Assembly (NCBI GenBank): GCA_963798805.1
Contig: CAWCVC010000004.1
Span: 1 to 40,000, forward strand
Reading direction: 5' to 3'
Length of the DNA stretch: 40,000 bases
Source of the DNA: an uncultured Alphaproteobacteria bacterium
GTDB lineage: Bacteria; Pseudomonadota; Alphaproteobacteria; Rhizobiales; Rhodomicrobiaceae
The translations under genes were made by a program, and so were the position numbers. The notes under the pieces are model-generated. The model saw only the letters and a program-made list of their open reading frames with translations. It ran no database searches and was not told the origin of the DNA. This document shows, in pieces, positions 32,952 to 40,000 of this stretch. Each line of letters starts with the position of its first letter. The stretch's first letter is position 1.

Positions 32952-33872
32952 TATACCGGAGCCTTTCTAACTATATGAGTTATGCGCTCAGTTCTCACCC
33001 CGAAGTCGAGTAGCAACGGGGGCGCATCGGCCCGGCTGATCATTTCGATCTGCTGGCGATCGGCGAGCCGCTGTAGCGCGATGCTGGTCGCAGGTGAAAG
33101 ACGGCGTTCACTCTGGTAAGGTGACGCCCCGTTCATTGCCTCGATTTCCTGCCGCGCCGACCCACCTTCGAGCACCGGGAAGATGCCCGCGAGTTTGCTC
33201 ATGAAGGCGTCGCCGGACAGTTCGGTGACCGAGGAGAATATTGTCGGGAGCGCTGAGGCAATGGCGCCGCAAGGATCCGGAACCGCGCGACGGGCGTCCT
33301 TACCGTCGTCCTGATCGTGCGTTCCGAGCAGGGTCGCAAATTCGAGGTAACGGGCCCAATAGAGAAAGTTTTGGTAGCGGTTGAGGTTGGTCAACTCGGT
33401 GCGGTCATACTCCTCGCCCAAGGTGGAACGCAGCAAGTTCTGCGGTGGGGTCGCAAAACCGATCGGCTCTAAGGGGCTAAGCGTCAGGAACCAAGCCAAA
33501 GCAAGCATGAAGCCTGCTTGCTGGCTCTCTGCTGCACGCGCTGGGTCGAAGAGAGTTCTGAGAAGGTGGGCGCGAAACCGCTCCTCATATGCCGTTTTTT
33601 CGGCCGCCACCCTCGCGTGCTTCGCCCGGGACCCTGAGCCTGTCGTCAATCTCTTCGATGAGCCCTAGCTTCTTCGCCTCGGCCAACGTGTTGGTGAACA
33701 ATGTTGTCGCCGTGTCGCTATCCTCGTCGCTGCCCCCCCGGGAGCGGAGCGACGGCGGCGTAGACCAACCCTCCAGACGCTCCCGCACTACACCGTTTGG
33801 ATTGTCGACAAGCGACACATAAAGGCTGTAAAGGCGACTGGGAACAGCCTGCGCGGTGGTGATAATGCTCAT
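32951..33872 (-). pseudogene. dpdG: DpdG-like protein (assigned by position); one frameshift
   Basis: ORF 33585..33872 (MSIITTAQAVPSRLYSLYVSL...) and ORF 32951..33649 overlap in different frames. Removing one A from the A6 run (T6 at 33595-33600 on the + strand) gives a continuous ...PGEAREGGGRKTAYEERFRAHLL... of about 306 aa. ATGA overlap with the dpdF stop; TAATG overlap with the dpdH start. Confidence 0.55.
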
Positions 33873-35246
33873 TCGGCAACCTTTGCGTGGAGCTCATGGA
33901 GGGTCAGAATCCTGCTAGCAAACACGTCGCGTAAGCGACGCCCGTCGGGTGCGAGATAGTCTTTGGGAGCGATGAAGATACGCGGCGTCTCAGGTCTAGG
34001 CGCAAGGTTCACGGGCTCCAGCACAAACTTTCCTGTTACCATCACAATTTCGGGCCCTTTGGGCTGGCGGGAGTAGACAAGCGCCGATACTTTGCTCACG
34101 AAGAATGGGACTCTCTCTGCGAATTCCAGCACGCGCTTCATATCGAAGGGCTGCTCGCCCAGGAGCAGCAGCTTGGACACGCCGGCTTGCTGCAGACGTC
34201 GGAAGCTCTCCGCTAGACGACGCGAGGCGTTCCGAGGCAGGTCGTCCGGATCATAGGTGACCAGAAGACGGCCGTCGTGGCCGAGTAGGCGAACCAGGGA
34301 AGGTGTGAGCGGTGGGTGCCAAGGCGAGCGCGGCTCGCTGACGGATACGGGCTTGTGAAGTTGACCGGGGTTCGCCCGGCAGCGACTGCACCGACTGCAC
34401 AGACGCCCGAGTCGATTCGCGCCGTAGAGATCCTCGAAAACATTGGCCGGGCAGCAATCGTCTCGCAAATAGCGCCGCATCAGCGCCAGGTTGCGCTCAT
34501 TTGCCCTCCACACTTCCTCGCGGACCGGCCCGAGGCGTTCCTTCCAGACCACCTCGTCGAGATGCCCTTCGTCAAGGATTTCGATTTCAAGCCAATCGCC
34601 TATTTTTTCGATCCGGGGATATGGTGTGCCGAGCATCCGGATGAGTCCAGCGCGAGCCATCAGCGCCAGAGTTCGTAGATTCCAATCGGTGTTCGCCTCA
34701 CCGAACATATCGATATCCTTCTCGGCATTGCCGGGGCGCCCATCGATACGCAGCGCCCAGCGGCCCGTGTCGAGTTTCCATTTCTTATTGAACATGGCCG
34801 TCCAGCGGTGTAGGCCTCGGTCGATTCCTATCACTTTTTGCTGGTTGATCTGTTCGGCCAAGCCAAAGTCGCGCTCAGTCGGGACGATAAGCGATAGCGA
34901 GACGCAACCATCGCGACCGCCGCGCCCTACCTCCTGGTAGAAGCGATCGAGTGTCTCGGGCACGCAGGCATGAATAACTGTGCGCGCGTGAGGGTAGTCG
35001 ATCCCGAGCCCAAAGGCCGAAGTGCCAACCACGACATCGAGCTGGCCTTGACGCCAGGAGTCCACGACTCGCTCGCGTTCCTGGCGATCTGACCTGCCAT
35101 GGAGCTTGGCTATCCGCCTGAAGCCCGCGCGGAGAAGGCGGCGATGCCAGGCATCAGCATCTTCGACCTGTGTCACATAGAGAACTGTGGGGCGTGGTGT
35201 GTGGTGCAGCGCCTCGAGTACCCGCGCGATACGTTCGTTCTCATTA

Positions 35247-36292
35247 GAGCGCCGGACCTAAAAGCGGAATCAGGATTCCACTTTTAAGCGAACTGTGATT
35301 CACCATGTCAGGAGGTGGATCATGGGCAAGAGCTATTCCTCGGATTTGCGGGAGCGTGTTGCCGCTTTTGTCGGGGCGGGGCATTCGCGCCGCGCGGCTT
35401 CGCGGCATTTCGGTGTCAGCGGCAGCTTCTCGATCAAGCTGATGCAGCGTGTGAGGGCCTTGGGTTCGATCCTGCCTGGGCAGCAGGGCCGGCCACCGGG
35501 CAAAGGCAAGCTTGCTGCCCATGAGGCCTTTCTTATCGAGGCGGTCGAAGCAAAGCCTGACATGACCATGCCGGAGTTGAGCGCAAGGCTGCAAGCCGAG
35601 CGTGGTGTATGCGCTGAGCCGGCGAGTTTGTCGCGCTTTCTCTGCCGGCGCGGCTTTACTTATAAAAAAAACGCTGATGGCGTCGGAATGCGCACGCGCC
35701 GATGTCAAGGCTGAACGCCGTCTCTGGATCGATCGCCGCCAGCCCAGAATGTGTCTCGAGCCGCATCGTCTCGTCTTTATCGATGAGACCTCTGTCAACA
35801 CGAAGATGGTGAGGCTTCGAGGCCGCTCTCCTTGTGGTGAGCGGCTGCGCGCCGATGCACCCTTCGGCCATTGGGGAACCCAAACCTTTATCGCTGGCCT
35901 TCGCTGCAATGAGCTGACAGCGCCGTGGGTGATCGACAAGGCGATCGATCGGGCATCCTTCGATCTTTGGGTCGAAACCCAACTCGCTCCGACCCTGTCG
36001 CCGGGCGATGTGGTCATTCTCGACAACCTCGCCGTCCACAAGAGCGCCAAAGCCGCCGAATGCCTGAAGCGCCGAGGCGCCTGGTTCCTCTTCTTGCCGC
36101 CCTACTCTCCAGACCTCAATCCGATCGAGATGGCCTTCGCCAAGCTCAAGGCACATCTGCGCGCCGCCGCCGCCAGGACCTTCGACGCCCTATGGCGAGC
36201 CATTGGCGATATCTGCGACCTGTTCAGCCCCGAAGAATGTTGGAATTATCTGCAAGCTGCCGGATATGCGTCCGATTAAAAGTCCGATGCTC
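35247..36292 (+). mobile_element. IS630-family insertion sequence (1046 bp) with TA target duplication
   Basis: TA at 35245-35246 and TA at 36293-36294 flank the element. Imperfect terminal inverted repeats are GAGCGCCGGACCTAAAAGCGGA and GAGCATCGGACTTTTAATCGGA (reverse complement of the right end), with 16 of the first 25 positions matching. The transposase genes lie inside. Confidence 0.85.
35322..36279 (+). CDS. IS630-family transposase encoded in two frames bridged at an A8 tract
   Basis: Frame A starts at ATG 35322 (RBS AGGAGG): [23 protein letters not shown]. Frame B runs to 36279: [12 protein letters not shown]...[12 protein letters not shown]...DNLAVHKS...[19 protein letters not shown] (DDE signature region of IS630/Tc1-like transposases). 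The junction is at A8, 35664-35671. Confidence 0.8.
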
Positions 36293-37462
36293 TAGGTGTC
36301 GCCGGAGCGATCCAATAATCCGGCTCAGGACGAAGCTGCACAGCTGCTATGCTTTCGAAAGGACCATCGGTCCCGAATAGAGCGCGGAGGGTCTCGAGTG
36401 AGGTTTCAGTCAGTGTTGCTGAGAGAAGCAAGGTGCGCATTCGCTGATCGGGCCGTGCGGCGGCGATCAGTTCACGCCGAAGGCCACTCAGTTCCTGAAA
36501 CTCGGTGCGGAAGCCAGTTCCCCATTGGTCAACGAGATGCGCTTCGTCGATCACCAGCGCGCGAAGATGACCATGCTCCGCCGCAGTTCGTAGCGACGAC
36601 CGCAAGCGGCCGCAGGCGGCTTCAGGCGACGCAAAGCAAAGGCCAAGCGTTCCATCTGCGATGCGCTCGGCGATGACGGCATTCTGAACGTCATCGCCGC
36701 CCCGGAAAGCAAGCGGCCGCTCGAGTCCACAAACCCGAACGGCTTCCTGCTCGTGATTTATGCCGAGGGCGACCGTCGGAATAATAACGAGTGCGATGCC
36801 CCGTGCCTCCGGCTGCGCGCCCACAAAACCGACGCTTTGGACAAGCTGGAAGACCATGCTCTTGCCCTCTCCCGTCGGCAGCGCGATGACGAGGGTGCCA
36901 CCGGCGGGCGTGCACAGCGCTGCCCGAACCGCGGCTCGCTGTCCCGGGCTGCGATATGCTGTGCGGTTGATGGACTTGAGACAGGGATCGCCGGTTGTTC
37001 CAGGGCCAGTAAAATCTCGCAATACGTGCTCGGAAGTTGCATAGCCATCGACCCCCTCACTCGCTTGCCCCAACCACTCCGGCGACCACGGCTGGGCGGT
37101 GATCGAGAGGCTATCGCCTGAACGGTTTGCTCGCAGTCCCACCCGCTCCCAGTGGCTAAAAGCGGTCAGCCGAGGGTGACGAAGGCGAATCGTTGGAGAA
37201 ACGGCATAGGATCGCCGAGCATGCTCGTGCCTGAGCGCTTGCCTTAATAGGACGGCAAGGTCGAGCGGGCTCGCGCGCGATGGTTGTTCTGCAAGCGCGG
37301 CACGGAGTCGATCGATGGCAGGTGAACTCGCAGACCAAGCGTCTGCCGCTTCCGTGTCGCCCAGGAGCGCCCGCATCGCTTCGAACGCCCCATGCCCTTC
37401 AAGCTCAGTCATTGGAGCCCCGCTGAGGCCGCTGCCTTGTAACCACGAACGCGCCCATAGCT

Positions 37463-40000
37463 TCAAGCCGCACCGAGGGCGTAGCGAGAACTCGGCAGGA
37501 TCATTTCTAGGAGAGCGATGTCCGAGCGCGCCATGGCATCACCAGCCGACTGGCGTCGCAGTAGCCTATTCCGGCGTCGTTCGAGATCGGCACGTGCTGA
37601 TGCCACGGCCGACGTGATTCTCGTTTGCGGCTCGGGGCGCGTGCGCACTATCTCACGCGCTTTGTCGCGAATGGCGCGGCACCGTTCGCTGAATGACGTG
37701 AGGTCAATGACTTGTTCCAGAAGCTGAAGCCGGCTAGAGAGATTGGTGTCGCGACCGCCATCCTCGACGCTCCGATAAGGGCGCCCGAGCACATCCAAAA
37801 GCTTAGGGTCTGTCACTTCCTCGCCGTTGATATCGATCACTAGCTGATGGCCTTGGGAGGGAAGATAAACCTGTGCACGCCTGAATGCTGCTAACTCCTC
37901 ACGTGTGGGCGCGAGCAAATCGGATAATTGAATGTCGGGCTCGATGATAAAGGAGAGCCGAAAACCGATCCAAAGATCGGCGACAAATTCGGGAGCTACT
38001 CGCCAGGTCGCGAAGGCTGTGCCTCGATCGTCCCAACGCGTGAACCGTTCGATGATATCGACGAGCGGCGTGCCGGGCCGCAGCAATGTCACGGCAGGAT
38101 CACGCGTGGCGATCCTCCGGCGCCAAGTAAGGCGCTCATTGCCATCGACTTCGAACTCCATCAGCCAAGGCTCGCGCGGCACAAGCGCGCCTTGGCTGAT
38201 GCTTAACTTGAAGGGGTCTTCATTGGGTCGGGCAGATGAGAGCCTTTTGAACTGAAGTACACCGATCAACCATTGGTGTACGTCACGTTCGAGCTGCGGC
38301 TCATCCGATTCGGCATCTTCGAGCAAGTTAATGAAATCTTCAACTGGCTCTTCGGCGAGCGCAATCTGATCGAGTGCAAATTGCTCGTCCTGAGACCGGC
38401 GCTCTTCCCGAATCCGCTCCCGCATCTCGTTGGTGAACGCCGCCAACGCGTCGGGGCCGTTCAACAGCAGCGTCCGGAACGCTTCGGCTTCGAAACCCTC
38501 CAGCAAAAACTGCACATCACTGATGGACTGATTGAAAATTAGAAGTCCGCGCGCGAGAAAATCGAACCACGCGGCCCATGGATTTCCGTCTTCATCGGAT
38601 GGTAGCAGAATGCGGTGGCGGATCAGGTTCTGGCGCCTCCCAAAGCGATCGAGCCTACCAATTCGTTGCTCAAGTCGTGCTGCGGAAAATGGAAGATCGA
38701 GATGGACGATCGCGTCGGCGCAAGCAAGATTGAGGCCCTCTTCACCGCATCGGTCGGTGACTAGCAGACTTGGCAGATCCGACGCGACGAAATTTGCCAC
38801 TGCGTGGGGATCTTCGTTCTCTCTAGCGTAGGTAAGGAGAAAGGCAGGCGCGTCGTCGATATGCTCCTTCAGCGCCTCGAAGAATGCGGTCGCGACGCCG
38901 GTCGAAGAAGAGAAGACAACGATCTTCGGATGTGGCCCTTCTTTACGGAGAAGTCTTGATGAGCCGTTTCGTGCTGTCAACCATCAGCTCGATTCGGGGC
39001 TCAGCCTCCCGCTCGTCGGGATTGGGCGTCAGGCTTGCGAGGAACTCGGGTTCATCGTCAAAGAGAACCTCTGTCTGCCTAAGTTCTCGGGCAAGATGGC
39101 TTGGTGAGACGCTAAGCGCTGATAGAAAGAGCGCATAGCGAGCGGCAAGACGATTGAGCAACTTTTCGTCACTGCCACCTGCCTCGATGGCCGAATAGCG
39201 CCAATCTTCCAACACTGCGAACAGCCTATGTGTTTCATGCGGATTAGTCTCGAATTTGACGTGTGAAAGGTTTGGCTCATTCTCGACCTTTGGCCCGCGC
39301 GGCATGAACTCCCAGCCCGCGGCGTCGGCGCGGCGCGAGCGGATTAGCCGCTGATGGATACGATAGGTATCGGCGATATGTTCCTTAAGCGTTGTACAAA
39401 GTGAAGGGACAGCTTCCGGAGCCTCGCGAGTAGCTGCCGCGAGGCATGGGGCCAACTCCGAGACAATGGGATCATCAGGAAAGAGGCGTTGCAATTCGGC
39501 GCCGCGTTGGCGAAGTACGAGCCCAGGATTGTCCGGATCGAGGCTTAACAGGATACGACCGAACTCACGCCGTTGCTCAAGCTTCGCACGAAAGCTTTCT
39601 ACATCATCGAGCGAGTGAGTCAGTGGATCGAGCAGATTGAGAAGCGCCAGGAATCGAGCCTCGTCGCCGAGCGCCGGGGTTGCTGAGAGAAGCAGCAGCA
39701 CAGGAGCCTGGGCAGCCAGTTCACGCAACCTGATGGCTGACGCGGCAAGCGGACCGCCGTCTATCCCGACGACGTGATGAGCTTCGTCCACAACGAGGAT
39801 ATCAGGAACCTGTGTTACCTGGCCCAAGTCGGCATGGCTAACATATTCCAAGCGCTTGCCGAACTGGTCGAGCCGGAGCTTCGTTTCCAATTCAGTGCGC
39901 CACTGCTGCCGCAGATGCGACGGCACAGCGATCAGCACTGCTGTGTCTGGTTTGTCGATTAGGTGCTGACGAACAATAAGCCCGGCCTCGATCGTTTTTC
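37463..40000 (-). pseudogene. dpdE: SNF2-family helicase, DpdE-like; 5' end outside window; one frameshift
   Basis: The upstream frame is open to base 40000: KTIEAGLIVRQHL... (motif I tail), ILVVDEAHHV (DEAH), LLLSATP. ORF 38943..39938 ends ...KRLIKTSP*. ORF 37463..38980 continues in another frame with LLRKEGPHPKIVVFSS...TDRCGEEGLNL...LEQRIGRLDRFGR (SNF2 motifs IV-VI). The 38-nt overlap places the shift near 38945-38965. Confidence 0.65.

Larger units (their letters stand above)
33869..37466 (-). pseudogene. dpdF: RecQ-like DEAH helicase, DpdF-like; interrupted by an IS630-family element
   Basis: The N-terminal part (36276..37466) has ALPTGEGKS (Walker A), VIDEAHLVDQWG (DEAH) and LLLSATL. 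The C-terminal part (33869..35176 and upstream codons) has VVVGTSAFGLGIDYPHARTVIH and YQEVGRGGRDG (motifs V/VI). Removing 35247-36294 (the IS plus one TA) restores one frame: ...DYWIAPATPNENERIARVLEALHHTPRPTVLYVTQVEDADAW... Confidence 0.8.

Noticed and set aside
37463-39938. dpdE as two naturally separate polypeptides (SNF2 lobe 1 and lobe 2).
   Set aside because: The ORFs overlap by 38 nt in different frames, and the second begins only with TTG inside the first. SNF2 ATPase lobes are normally on one chain. A frameshift is favoured, though a natural split is not excluded.
1-40000. CRISPR arrays, rRNA genes and complete tRNA genes.
   Set aside because: Reading both strands, I noticed no regularly spaced direct repeats of CRISPR type and no rRNA- or full tRNA-like sequence. 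This was not checked with any tool.

Overview
High-GC, alphaproteobacterial-style accessory DNA made of three juxtaposed mobile or defence segments. (1) 1-7.3 kb is the tail of an ICE/conjugative backbone: strawberry-notch helicase, DUF7146/Toprim, DUF2493, DUF736, and a small ORF with an intrinsic terminator. The two largest genes are frameshifted. (2) 7.7-15.7 kb is a scrapyard. It holds an AT-rich foreign block with a GCS2/YbdK-like ligase (in-frame TAG) and a 5'-truncated TPR-like ORF. That ORF is fused head-to-head to a 5'-truncated BrxL-like (BREX Lon-type) C-terminus. The segment also has a tRNA-3'-end-like 22-mer, two intact divergent P4-type (DUF4102) tyrosine integrases, a frameshifted class-II Fic gene and a RecD2-like fragment. 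(3) 15.7-40 kb, running off the window, is a Dpd-type 7-deazaguanine DNA modification/restriction island. Its + strand module is uninterrupted and translationally coupled: DpdC-like ORF, DGQHR/DpdB, DpdA transglycosylase, a second DGQHR paralogue, QueE, QueD, QueC. It converges on a - strand dpdE-F-G-H-I-J-K-D operon in which six of eight genes are broken. The lesions are frameshifts in dpdE, dpdG, dpdJ and dpdD, an in-frame TGA in dpdH, and an IS630-family insertion with TA duplication in dpdF. I saw no rRNA, complete tRNA or CRISPR array. There are eleven frame-disrupting lesions in 40 kb. This is either real decay or an indel-prone assembly; the IS insertion and the two nonsense codons argue that at least part is real. 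All family assignments come from motifs I recognised by eye; no searches were run.
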